The notes under the pieces were generated by a model. That model saw nothing but the letters and a program-made list of their open reading frames with translations. It was not told the DNA's origin and ran no database searches. The position numbers and the translations under genes were made by a program. A stretch of 64,000 nucleotides of DNA from Escherichia coli (lineage in GTDB: Bacteria; Pseudomonadota; Gammaproteobacteria; Enterobacterales; Enterobacteriaceae), in the NCBI RefSeq assembly GCF_022846255.1, contig NZ_AP025682.1; one strand, written 5' to 3'. Position 1 is the stretch's first letter. Each line of letters starts with the position of its first letter. Positions 35,011-44,852 of this stretch are shown here, piece after piece.

Positions 35011-35761
35011 GTTTGAAGATATTCGCGGCGTCGCTTTTGATCTCGACGGTACGCTGGTTGACAGTGCACCCGGTCTTGCTGCTGCGGTAGATATGGCGCT
35101 GTATGCGCTGGAGTTGCCTGTCGCAGGTGAAGAACGCGTTATTACCTGGATTGGTAACGGCGCAGATATTCTGATGGAGCGCGCATTGACCTGGGCGCGT
35201 CAGGAACGTGCGACTCTGCGTAAAACAATGGGTAAACCGCCCGTTGATGACGACATTCCGGCAGAAGAACAGGTACGTATTCTGCGTAAACTGTTCGATC
35301 GCTACTATGGCGAGGTTGCCGAAGAGGGGACGTTTTTGTTCCCGCACGTTGCCGATACGTTGGGCGCGTTGCAGGCTAAAGGCCTGCCGCTAGGCCTGGT
35401 CACCAACAAACCGACGCCGTTCGTCGCGCCGCTGCTCGAAGCCTTAGATATCGCCAAATACTTCAGCGTGGTGATTGGTGGTGATGATGTGCAAAATAAA
35501 AAACCGCACCCGGACCCGCTGCTACTGGTGGCTGAGCGGATGGGCATTGCTCCACAACAGATGCTGTTTGTTGGCGACTCACGCAATGATATTCAGGCAG
35601 CAAAAGCGGCAGGTTGCCCATCAGTTGGCTTAACCTACGGATATAACTACGGCGAGGCTATCGATCTCAGCCAGCCTGATGTAATTTATCAGTCTCTAAA
35701 TGACCTTCTGCCCGCATTAGGGCTTCCGCATAGCGAAAATCAGGAATCGAAAAATGACTAA
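35003..35761 (+). CDS. gph: phosphoglycolate phosphatase
   Basis: 252-aa HAD-family ORF ([10 protein letters not shown]); overlaps rpe end by 8 nt. Confidence 0.94.
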
Positions 35762-36758
35762 GCCCATCGTTTTTAGTGGCGCACAGCCCTCAGGTGAATT
35801 GACCATTGGTAACTACATGGGTGCGCTGCGTCAGTGGGTAAACATGCAGGATGACTACCATTGCATTTACTGTATCGTTGACCAACACGCGATCACCGTG
35901 CGCCAGGATGCACAGAAGCTGCGTAAAGCGACGCTGGATACGCTGGCGTTGTATCTGGCTTGTGGTATCGATCCTGAGAAAAGCACCATTTTTGTTCAGT
36001 CCCACGTGCCGGAACATGCGCAGTTAGGCTGGGCATTGAACTGCTATACCTACTTCGGCGAACTGAGCCGCATGACACAGTTTAAAGATAAATCTGCGCG
36101 TTATGCCGAGAACATCAACGCTGGTCTGTTTGACTATCCGGTGCTGATGGCAGCGGACATCCTGCTGTATCAAACTAATCTGGTGCCGGTGGGTGAAGAC
36201 CAGAAACAGCACCTGGAACTGAGCCGCGATATCGCCCAGCGTTTCAACGCGCTGTACGGCGATATCTTTAAGGTGCCAGAGCCGTTTATTCCGAAATCTG
36301 GCGCGCGCGTAATGTCGCTGCTGGAGCCGACCAAGAAGATGTCCAAGTCTGACGATAACCGCAATAACGTTATCGGCCTGCTGGAAGATCCGAAATCGGT
36401 AGTGAAGAAAATCAAACGCGCGGTCACTGACTCCGACGAGCCGCCGGTAGTTCGCTACGATGTGCAGAACAAAGCGGGCGTTTCCAACCTGCTGGATATC
36501 CTTTCTGCGGTAACGGGCCAGAGCATCCCGGAACTGGAAAAACAGTTCGAAGGCAAGATGTATGGTCATCTGAAAGGTGAAGTGGCTGATGCCGTTTCCG
36601 GTATGCTGACTGAATTGCAGGAACGTTACCACCGTTTCCGCAACGATGAAGCCTTCCTGCAACAGGTGATGAAAGACGGCGCAGAAAAAGCCAGCGCACA
36701 CGCTTCCCGTACGCTAAAAGCGGTGTACGAAGCGATTGGTTTTGTGGCGAAGCCGTAA
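35754..36758 (+). CDS. trpS: tryptophan--tRNA ligase
   Basis: 334-aa ORF with class I HIGH-type (TIGNYMG) and KMSKS motifs. Confidence 0.96.
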
Positions 36759-36773
36759 TTTAACATTAATGCC

Positions 36774-36799
36774 AAAAACCGGGGAAACCCGGTTTTTTT
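36774..36799 (+). terminator. rho-independent terminator of the dam-rpe-gph-trpS operon
   Basis: aaccggggaaacccggtt hairpin followed by T7 tract. Confidence 0.8.
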
Positions 36800-36917
36800 A
36801 TCCTCATTTGCAATAATCCGAAAAAATGTGAAGTGCCTCGCCGTTTCCACATCTCGCTGTTGCGCCTTATCTTCAAATTCCTGAAGATATAAACATTCAT
36901 TTTATTGAAAATATATT

Positions 36918-37823
36918 ATGCGTCGAACGTTTATCAAAAAAGAAGGCGTCGTTATCACGACACTGGCCCGTTATTTGTTGGGTGAAAAGTGCGGTAATCG
37001 ACTGAAAACCATAGATGAGCTGGCAACTGAATGCCGTTCATCGGTTGGCCTGACGCAGGCCGCGTTGAAAACGCTGGAATCAAGCGGAGCGATACGGATT
37101 GAACGCCGTGGGCGCAATGGCAGTTATCTGGTTGAGATGGATAACAAAGCATTGCTGACTCATGTGGATATCAACAACGTGGTATGTGCGATGCCCTTGC
37201 CCTATACCCGTTTGTACGAAGGCCTGGCGAGCGGATTGAAAGCCCAGTTTGATGGCATTCCTTTTTACTATGCGCATATGCGCGGCGCGGATATTCGCGT
37301 GGAGTGTTTACTTAACGGCGTGTATGACATGGCGGTGGTTTCGCGACTGGCGGCGGAAAGTTATCTCACGCAAAAAGGATTATGCCTCGCGCTGGAGTTG
37401 GGACCGCATACCTACGTTGGCGAGCACCAGTTGATTTGCCGTAAAGGCGAGTCCGCAAACGTGAAGCGCGTGGGGCTGGATAACCGTTCGGCAGATCAGA
37501 AAATCATGACCGATGTCTTTTTTGGCGATAGTGATGTGGAACGAGTCGATCTCTCTTATCACGAGAGTTTACAACGCATTGTTAAAGGCGATGTTGACGC
37601 GGTTATCTGGAACGTAGTGGCGGAAAACGAACTGACCATGCTGGGATTAGAAGCGACGCCGCTCACAGACGATCCGCGATTTTTACAGGCCACCGAAGCC
37701 GTGATCCTGACGCGAGTCGATGATTACCCAATGCAACAACTGCTGCGTGCAGTTGTTGATAAACATGCCCTGCTTGCTCATCAACAGCGAGTAGTCAGTG
37801 GGGAACAGGAACCCAGTTATTAA
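36918..37823 (+). CDS. yhfZ: putative transcriptional regulator YhfZ
   Basis: 301-aa ORF recognised as YhfZ; first gene of yhfZYXW-php-yhfUTS cluster. Confidence 0.85.
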   Translation: MRRTFIKKEGVVITTLARYLLGEKCGNRLKTIDELATECRSSVGLTQAALKTLESSGAIRIERRGRNGSYLVEMDNKALLTHVDINNVVCAMPLPYTRLYEGLASGLKAQFDGIPFYYAHMRGADIRVECLLNGVYDMAVVSRLAAESYLTQKGLCLALELGPHTYVGEHQLICRKGESANVKRVGLDNRSADQKIMTDVFFGDSDVERVDLSYHESLQRIVKGDVDAVIWNVVAENELTMLGLEATPLTDDPRFLQATEAVILTRVDDYPMQQLLRAVVDKHALLAHQQRVVSGEQEPSY

Positions 37824-37839
37824 ACGAAAGGCATCTGAT

Positions 37840-38202
37840 ATGGAAACCAGACTCAACCTGCTTTGCGATGCAGGCGTTATTGATAAGGACATCTGCAAAG
37901 GCATGATGCAGGTCGTCAATGTACTGGAAACAGAGTGCCATCTACCGGTGCGCAGTGAGCAAGGAACGATGGCGATGACACATATGGCGAGTGCACTGAT
38001 GCGCAGTCGCCGTGGTGAAGAAATAGAGCCGCTGGATGACGAATTGCTGGCGGAACTGGCGCAATCCAGCCACTGGCAAGCCGTTGTGCAATTGCATCAG
38101 GTGTTGTTGAAGGAATTTGCACTGGAAGTTAACCCGTGTGAAGAAGGCTATTTGCTGGCCAACCTTTATGGATTATGGATGGCTGCTAACGAAGAGGTTT
38201 GA
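37840..38202 (+). CDS. yhfY: PRD-domain-like protein YhfY
   Basis: 120 aa from ATG (METRLNLLCDAGVIDKD) at 37840; ORF-track start extended by 14 codons. Confidence 0.8.
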   Translation: METRLNLLCDAGVIDKDICKGMMQVVNVLETECHLPVRSEQGTMAMTHMASALMRSRRGEEIEPLDDELLAELAQSSHWQAVVQLHQVLLKEFALEVNPCEEGYLLANLYGLWMAANEEV

Positions 38203-38285
38203 AGCTCCCGATAAATCCACGTCGCACAACCTAAATATTCAAAAAAATGAATATTTAATTCAAGGAACAGAAACGAGGCAACAAG

Positions 38286-39449
38286 ATGTTTGTAGAAGCA
38301 TTGAAACGCCAGAACCCGGCGCTGATTTCCGCCGCACTAAGTTTGTGGCAGCAGGGCAAGATCGCCCCGGACAGTTGGGTGATCGACGTGGATCAAGTTC
38401 TGGAAAACGGCAAGCGGCTGATTGAGACGGCGCGGCTTTACGGCATTGAACTGTATCTGATGACCAAACAATTCGGTCGTAATCCGTGGCTGGCAGAAAA
38501 ACTGTTGGCTCTGGGCTACAGCGGCATTGTGGCGGTGGATTACAAAGAGGCGCGAGTCATGCGCCGCGCCTGTTTGCCGGTAGCGCATCAGGGGCATTTG
38601 GTACAAATCCCTTGTCATCAGGTGGTTGACGCCGTTGCACAGGGAACCGACGTCATCACCGTGTTTACTCTCGACAAAGCGCGGGAAGTTTCTGCGGCAG
38701 CGGTGGAGGCCGGACGTGTGCAGTCTGTGCTGCTCAAAGTTTATAGCGACGATGATTTTCTTTATCCGGGGCAGGAGAGCGGTTTTGTACAGCATTCGCT
38801 GCACGAGGTGGTTGCTGAAATCCAGAATCTGCCGGGGCTACATTTGGCGGGACTTACCCATTTCCCTTGCCTGCTTTGGGATGAGGCTGCCGGGAAAGTT
38901 TTGCCGACACCGAATCTTCACACGCTGGTACAAGCACGGGATCAACTGGCGAAATCTGGTATTGCGATTGAGCAACTGAACGCACCTTCAGCGACCAGCT
39001 GCACGTCGCTGCCATTGCTGGCGGAATACGGTGTGACTCATACCGAACCCGGTCATGCGCTGACGGGCACTATTCCGGCAAATCAACAGGGCGATCAGCC
39101 TGAACGTATCGCGATGCTCTGGTTAAGTGAAATCTCCCATCATTTCCGTGGCGACAGCTACTGCTACGGCGGCGGTTACTACCGTCGTGGTCACGCGCAA
39201 CATGCGCTGGTGTTTACGCCAGAGAATCAAAGCGTGACTGAAACATATCTCAACGCCGTGGATGACAGCAGTATCGACTACACCCTGCCGCTGGCAGGCG
39301 AGCATCCGGTAAGTAGTGCAGTGGTGCTCTGTTTTCGCACGCAGATTTTTATCACCCGTAGCGATGTGGTGCTGGTGTCCGGTATTCACCATGGCGAACC
39401 AGAAATAGTTGGTCGTTATGACAGCCTCGGCAACCCTCTGGAGGCGTAA
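38286..39449 (+). CDS. yhfX: alanine-racemase-fold PLP-dependent protein YhfX
   Basis: 387-aa ORF recognised as YhfX. Confidence 0.85.
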   Translation: MFVEALKRQNPALISAALSLWQQGKIAPDSWVIDVDQVLENGKRLIETARLYGIELYLMTKQFGRNPWLAEKLLALGYSGIVAVDYKEARVMRRACLPVAHQGHLVQIPCHQVVDAVAQGTDVITVFTLDKAREVSAAAVEAGRVQSVLLKVYSDDDFLYPGQESGFVQHSLHEVVAEIQNLPGLHLAGLTHFPCLLWDEAAGKVLPTPNLHTLVQARDQLAKSGIAIEQLNAPSATSCTSLPLLAEYGVTHTEPGHALTGTIPANQQGDQPERIAMLWLSEISHHFRGDSYCYGGGYYRRGHAQHALVFTPENQSVTETYLNAVDDSSIDYTLPLAGEHPVSSAVVLCFRTQIFITRSDVVLVSGIHHGEPEIVGRYDSLGNPLEA

Positions 39450-40676
39450 ATGGCGCGATTTGTGGTGTTAGTGATTGATAGCTTTGGCGTAGGGGCAATG
39501 AAAGATGTCACGTTGGTGCGTCCGCAGGATGCCGGGGCGAATACCTGTGGTCACATCCTGAGCCAGTTGCCGCATTTGCAGCTACCAACGCTGGAGACGC
39601 TGGGGCTAATCAACGCATTGGGTTATGCGCCTGGCGATATGCAGCCGTCAGACTCCGCAACCTGGGGCGTGGCAGAGCTGCAACATGAAGGTGGCGATAC
39701 CTTTATGGGGCATCAGGAGATTTTAGGTACGCGCCCATTACCGCCGCTGCGGATGCCCTTTCATGATGTGATTGACCGTGTTGAGCAGGCATTAGTTTCC
39801 GCTGGTTGGCAGGTGGAGCGCCGTGGCGATGATCTGCAATTTCTGTGGGTCAATCAGGCGGTTGCGATTGGCGATAATCTCGAGGCGGATTTAGGGCAGG
39901 TCTATAACATCACCGCCAATCTCTCTGTGATCTCTTTTGACGACGCAATCAAAATTGGTCGTATCGTGCGTGAGCAGGTACAGGTCGGTCGGGTCATTAC
40001 ATTTGGCGGCCTGTTAACCGACAGTCAACGCATTCTCGATGCCGCAGAAAGCAAAGAAGGGCGCTTTATTGGCATCAATGCGCCGCGTTCAGGCGCTTAT
40101 GACAACGGCTTCCAGGTCGTGCATATGGGCTACGGCGTCGATGAGAAAGTGCAGGTGCCGCAAAAACTGTATGAAGCGGGCGTGCCAACCGTGCTGGTGG
40201 GTAAGGTGGCGGATATCGTCAGCAATCCTTATGGCGTGAGCTGGCAAAACCTGGTGGATAGCCAGCGGATTATGGATATCACTCTCGACGAATTTAACAC
40301 CCATCCGACGGCGTTTATTTGCACCAATATCCAGGAAACCGACCTCGCTGGTCATGCAGAAGACGTCGCACGTTATGCCGAACGTTTGCAGGTCGTTGAC
40401 CGTAACCTTGCCCGGCTTGTTGAGGTGATGCAGCCAGATGATTGCCTGCTCGTGATGGCGGATCACGGTAACGATCCGACCATTGGTCACAGCCACCATA
40501 CCCGCGAAGTAGTGCCAGTGCTGGTTTATCAGCAAGGGCTGGTCGCTACGCAGCTCGGTGTGCGCACCACGCTTTCTGATGTGGGGGCCACCGTGTGTGA
40601 ATTTTTCCGCGCGCCACCGCCACAAAATGGTCGCTCTTTTCTTTCCTCCCTCCGGTTTGCAGGAGACACCCTATGA
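39450..40676 (+). CDS. yhfW: phosphopentomutase-like metalloenzyme YhfW
   Basis: 408-aa ORF recognised as YhfW; start abuts yhfX stop. Confidence 0.85.
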   Translation: MARFVVLVIDSFGVGAMKDVTLVRPQDAGANTCGHILSQLPHLQLPTLETLGLINALGYAPGDMQPSDSATWGVAELQHEGGDTFMGHQEILGTRPLPPLRMPFHDVIDRVEQALVSAGWQVERRGDDLQFLWVNQAVAIGDNLEADLGQVYNITANLSVISFDDAIKIGRIVREQVQVGRVITFGGLLTDSQRILDAAESKEGRFIGINAPRSGAYDNGFQVVHMGYGVDEKVQVPQKLYEAGVPTVLVGKVADIVSNPYGVSWQNLVDSQRIMDITLDEFNTHPTAFICTNIQETDLAGHAEDVARYAERLQVVDRNLARLVEVMQPDDCLLVMADHGNDPTIGHSHHTREVVPVLVYQQGLVATQLGVRTTLSDVGATVCEFFRAPPPQNGRSFLSSLRFAGDTL

Positions 40677-41551
40677 GTTTTGATCCGACGGGCTACACCT
40701 TCGCCCATGAGCATCTGCATATTGATCTTTCCGGCTTTAAAAACAACGTGGACTGCCGCCTTGATCAGTATGCGTTCATTTGCCAGGAGATGAACGACCT
40801 GATGGCCCGGGGCGTGCGTAATGTGATTGAGATGACCAACCGTTACATGGGGCGCAATGCGCAATTTATGCTCGATGTAATGCGCGAAACCGGGATCAAC
40901 GTGGTGGCCTGTACCGGTTATTACCAGGACGCGTTTTTCCCGGAACATGTGGCGACCCGCAGCGTGCAGGAACTGGCGCAGGAGATGGTCGATGAAATTG
41001 AGCAGGGTATCGATGGCACTGACCTGAAAGCCGGGATCATCGCGGAGATTGGCTCCAGCGAAGGGAAGATTACGCCGCTGGAAGAGAAGGTGTTTATTGC
41101 CGCCGCGCTGGCACATAACCAGACCGCACGCCCGATCTCCACGCATACGTCGTTCAGCACGATGGGGCTGGAGCAACTGGCTCTGTTGCAAGCCCACGGA
41201 GTTGATCTTTCGCGCGTCACCGTCGGCCACTGCGATCTGAAAGACAATCTCGACAACATTTTGAAGATGATCGATCTCGGCGCGTATGTGCAGTTCGACA
41301 CCATCGGCAAGAACAGTTACTACCCGGACGAAAAGCGCATTGCGATGCTCCATGCGCTACGTGACCGTGGGTTGCTGAACCGCGTCATGCTGTCGATGGA
41401 TATTACGCGGCGCTCTCATTTAAAAGCCAACGGTGGTTATGGCTATGACTTTTTATTGACCACCTTTATTCCGCAATTGCGCCAGTCAGGATTCAGTCAG
41501 GCCGATGTGGATGTGATGTTACGTGAAAATCCCTCTCAATTTTTCCAATAA
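40673..41551 (+). CDS. php: phosphotriesterase homology protein (amidohydrolase fold)
   Basis: 292-aa ORF with N-terminal HxH metal-ligand motif ([11 protein letters not shown]); ATGA overlap with yhfW. Confidence 0.88.
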   Translation: MSFDPTGYTFAHEHLHIDLSGFKNNVDCRLDQYAFICQEMNDLMARGVRNVIEMTNRYMGRNAQFMLDVMRETGINVVACTGYYQDAFFPEHVATRSVQELAQEMVDEIEQGIDGTDLKAGIIAEIGSSEGKITPLEEKVFIAAALAHNQTARPISTHTSFSTMGLEQLALLQAHGVDLSRVTVGHCDLKDNLDNILKMIDLGAYVQFDTIGKNSYYPDEKRIAMLHALRDRGLLNRVMLSMDITRRSHLKANGGYGYDFLLTTFIPQLRQSGFSQADVDVMLRENPSQFFQ

Positions 41552-41561
41552 GGACAGACTC

Positions 41562-41915
41562 ATGAAAAAGATTGGCGTTGCAGGCTTACAGCGTGAGCAG
41601 ATTAAAAAAACCATTGAAGCGACGGCTCCTGGCTGTTTTGAAGTTTTCATTCACAACGACATGGAAGCGGCAATGAAAGTGAAATCCGGGCAACTGGATT
41701 ACTACATCGGCGCGTGTAATACCGGTGCGGGCGCGGCATTGTCGATTGCCATCGCGGTGATTGGCTATAACAAAAGTTGCACCATTGCCAAGCCGGGCAT
41801 TAAAGCGAAAGACGAACATATCGCCAAAATGATCGCTGAAGGAAAAGTGGCGTTTGGCCTTTCCGTTGAGCACGTTGAACACGCGATTCCGATGCTGATT
41901 AACCATCTGAAATAA
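41562..41915 (+). CDS. yhfU: uncharacterised protein YhfU
   Basis: 117 aa from ATG (MKKIGVAGLQRE) at 41562; ORF-track start extended by 13 codons. Confidence 0.8.
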   Translation: MKKIGVAGLQREQIKKTIEATAPGCFEVFIHNDMEAAMKVKSGQLDYYIGACNTGAGAALSIAIAVIGYNKSCTIAKPGIKAKDEHIAKMIAEGKVAFGLSVEHVEHAIPMLINHLK

Positions 41916-41926
41916 AAGGCACGACT

Positions 41927-43231
41927 ATGGATCTGTATATTCAGATTATCGTGGTGGCGTGCCTGACGGGTATGACATCGCTTCTGGCGCATCGCTCGGC
42001 GGCCGTTTTTCATGACGGTATCCGCCCGATCCTGCCACAACTGATTGAAGGCTATATGAACCGTCGCGAGGCGGGGAGTATCGCTTTTGGTCTGAGCATT
42101 GGTTTTGTGGCCTCGGTGGGGATCTCTTTTACCCTGAAAACCGGGCTGCTCAACGCATGGTTACTCTTTCTTCCTACCGATATCCTCGGCGTACTGGCGA
42201 TAAACAGCCTGATGGCGTTTGGTCTTGGTGCTATCTGGGGAATATTGATCCTCACCTGTCTGTTGCCAGTAAACCAGCTGCTGACCGCGCTACCGGTGGA
42301 TGTATTAGGTAGCCTGGGGGAATTAAGCTCGCCGGTGGTTTCAGCTTTTGCACTGTTCCCGTTGGTGGCGATTTTCTACCAGTTTGGCTGGAAGCAAAGT
42401 CTGATCGCCGCCGTGGTGGTACTGATGACTCGTGTGGTGGTAGTGCGCTATTTCCCACATCTTAACCCTGAATCCATCGAAATCTTTATTGGCATGGTGA
42501 TGCTGCTGGGGATCGCAATAACTCATGACCTGCGTCATCGTGATGAAAATGATATCGATGCCAGCGGTATGTCGGTGTTTGAAGAGCGTACATCTCGGAT
42601 TATCAAAAACTTACCGTATATCGCCATCGTGGGTGCATTGATTGCTGCCGTTGCCAGCATGAAGATTTTCGCCGGTAGTGAAGTGTCGATCTTCACACTG
42701 GAGAAAGCGTACTCCGCAGGCGTAACGCCGGAACAATCGCAAACACTAATCAACCAGGCGGCACTGGCAGAATTTATGCGCGGGCTGGGTTTTGTGCCGT
42801 TGATTGCCACCACCGCGTTAGCCACCGGTGTGTATGCAGTTGCGGGCTTTACCTTTGTTTATGCGGTGGGCTATCTCTCGCCGAATCCGATGGTTGCAGC
42901 GGTATTAGGCGCAGTGGTTATTTCGGCGGAAGTCTTGCTGCTTCGTTCGATCGGCAAATGGTTGGGGCGCTACCCGTCGGTACGTAATGCGTCGGATAAC
43001 ATCCGTAACGCCATGAATATGCTGATGGAAGTGGCGTTGCTGGTCGGTTCGATCTTTGCGGCAATCAAAATGGCGGGCTATACCGGATTCTCTATTGCGG
43101 TTGCCATTTACTTCCTCAACGAATCCCTGGGCCGTCCGGTACAGAAAATGGCGGCACCGGTCGTAGCAGTAATGATCACCGGCATCCTGCTGAATGTTCT
43201 TTACTGGCTTGGCCTGTTCGTTCCGGCTTAA
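41927..43231 (+). CDS. yhfT: inner membrane transporter-like protein YhfT
   Basis: 434-aa polytopic membrane ORF. Confidence 0.85.
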   Translation: MDLYIQIIVVACLTGMTSLLAHRSAAVFHDGIRPILPQLIEGYMNRREAGSIAFGLSIGFVASVGISFTLKTGLLNAWLLFLPTDILGVLAINSLMAFGLGAIWGILILTCLLPVNQLLTALPVDVLGSLGELSSPVVSAFALFPLVAIFYQFGWKQSLIAAVVVLMTRVVVVRYFPHLNPESIEIFIGMVMLLGIAITHDLRHRDENDIDASGMSVFEERTSRIIKNLPYIAIVGALIAAVASMKIFAGSEVSIFTLEKAYSAGVTPEQSQTLINQAALAEFMRGLGFVPLIATTALATGVYAVAGFTFVYAVGYLSPNPMVAAVLGAVVISAEVLLLRSIGKWLGRYPSVRNASDNIRNAMNMLMEVALLVGSIFAAIKMAGYTGFSIAVAIYFLNESLGRPVQKMAAPVVAVMITGILLNVLYWLGLFVPA

Positions 43232-43242
43232 GGAAGGCACCT

Positions 43243-44328
43243 ATGAAGACGTTTCCTCTGCAAAGCCTGACGCTTATTGAGGCGCAGCAAAAGCAGTTTG
43301 CGCTGGTGGACACGATTTGCCGTCATTTTCCTGGCAGCGAGTTTCTTACCTGCGGTGATTTGGGCTTAACGCCGGGGCTAAATCAACCGCGCATTACCCA
43401 GCGTGTGGAACAGGTGCTGGCTGATGCATTTCACGCACAGGCCGCGGCGCTGGTACAGGGCGCGGGTACTGGCGCGATCCGTGCGGCACTGGCGGCTTTG
43501 CTCAAATCGGGGCAGCGTCTTCTGGTGCATGACGCGCCTGTTTACCCGACGACACGGGTTATTATTGAGCAGATGGGGCTAACGCTCATTACGGCTGATT
43601 TCAATGATCTGTCGGCACTGAAGCAGGTTGTTGACGAGCAACTACCGGATGCGGCGCTGGTGCAGCATACGCGCCAGCAGCCACAGGACGGCTACATTCT
43701 GGCAGATGTGCTGGCAACGTTGCGCTCGGCTGGCGTTCCTGCATTAACCGATGACAACTATGCGGTGATGAAAGTGGCGCGAATTGGCTGCGAATGCGGG
43801 GCAAATGTCTCGACTTTTTCCTGCTTCAAGCTGTTTGGGCCGGAGGGTGTTGGCGCGGTGGTAGGCGATGCCGATGTTATTAGTCGGATTCGCTCCACGC
43901 TCTATTCCGGCGGCAGCCAGATTCAGGGCGCTCAGGCGCTGGAAGTCTTGCGTGGGCTGGTGTTTGCGCCAGTGATGCACGCGGTGCAGGCGGGGGTATC
44001 TGAACGGTTGCTGGCCTTGCTCAACGGTGGCGCAGTGGCGGAAGTGAAAAGCGCCGTCATTGCCAATGCGCAGTCGAAGGTGTTGATTGTGGAGTTTCAT
44101 CAGCCGATTGCCGCCAGGGTGCTGGAAGAGGCGCAGAAACTCGGCGCGTTGCCTTACCCGGTGGGCGCGGAGTCGAAATATGAAATCCCGCCGCTCTTCT
44201 ATCGACTTTCCGGAACGTTTCGTCAGGCGAATCCACAATCAGAACATTGCACGATTCGCATTAATCCGAATCGCAGCGGTGAAGAGACGGTGTTGCGGAT
44301 TTTGCGTGAGATTATTGCCAGTATTTAA
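43243..44328 (+). CDS. yhfS: PLP-dependent aminotransferase-like protein YhfS
   Basis: 361-aa ORF recognised as YhfS. Confidence 0.85.
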   Translation: MKTFPLQSLTLIEAQQKQFALVDTICRHFPGSEFLTCGDLGLTPGLNQPRITQRVEQVLADAFHAQAAALVQGAGTGAIRAALAALLKSGQRLLVHDAPVYPTTRVIIEQMGLTLITADFNDLSALKQVVDEQLPDAALVQHTRQQPQDGYILADVLATLRSAGVPALTDDNYAVMKVARIGCECGANVSTFSCFKLFGPEGVGAVVGDADVISRIRSTLYSGGSQIQGAQALEVLRGLVFAPVMHAVQAGVSERLLALLNGGAVAEVKSAVIANAQSKVLIVEFHQPIAARVLEEAQKLGALPYPVGAESKYEIPPLFYRLSGTFRQANPQSEHCTIRINPNRSGEETVLRILREIIASI

Positions 44329-44369
44329 TCTTGTGAATGATGTTTTCGAAAAGAATGCAGAAATAAATA

Positions 44370-44393
44370 CGCCCCCGGGTAATCCCGAGGGCG
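44370..44393. terminator. possible bidirectional terminator hairpin between convergent yhfS and yhfL
   Basis: cgcccccggg-taat-cccgagggcg imperfect hairpin (one central mismatch) in the 106-bp spacer. Confidence 0.35.
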
Positions 44394-44434
44394 CCAGGCA
44401 ATTAAACCGACGTTAACCTATTTCTATCAATGGG

Positions 44435-44602
44435 TTACTGTGCAGTAGGACCGCAGCCACCAATGATTTTAGAAATAGAAATTGCCGGGTGTAGCAGGTA
44501 GTCGTAAGAGCAGTTCTTATCACGGTTTTCAATATGACCAGTACATGCAGTTAACGTAGCCAGTACTGCGCCTACCAGTGCAACTTTAATAAATTTGTTC
44601 AT
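44435..44602 (-). CDS. yhfL: small lipoprotein YhfL (55 aa)
   Basis: Manual translation: MNKFIKVALVGAVLATLTACTGHIENRDKNCSYDYLLHPAISISKIIGGCGPTAQ; lipobox LTAC; below ORF-track size cutoff. Confidence 0.85.
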   Translation of the reverse strand: MNKFIKVALVGAVLATLTACTGHIENRDKNCSYDYLLHPAISISKIIGGCGPTAQ

Positions 44603-44814
44603 TAACATTCCCTATGTATTATATAGATTAATATTCATTGATTATATGAATATAAACAGACTGCTCATTAAGAACGATACAGGATTAATTAATTGGTGCC
44701 AGTGACTGAATGACTTAATTTTGTAAGTCGCTGTAACGATAAATATGGCGGGTCAAAAATAAATGATGTTTGTTAATTAGTTGTTTTTTATTTGCTGAAT
44801 ATATAAAGAAAGTT

Positions 44815-44843
44815 GTAAAAGAAAAGGCCAGAATTCTCTGGCC
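44815..44843 (-). terminator. rho-independent terminator downstream of cysG
   Basis: ggccagaattctctggcc hairpin followed by T-rich run on minus strand, just after cysG stop. Confidence 0.55.
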
Positions 44844-44852
44844 CGGGTTAAA

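Noticed and set aside
40529-41353. 274-aa ORF antisense to php
   Set aside because: Antisense embedded frame; php and yhfW on the forward strand account for the region.
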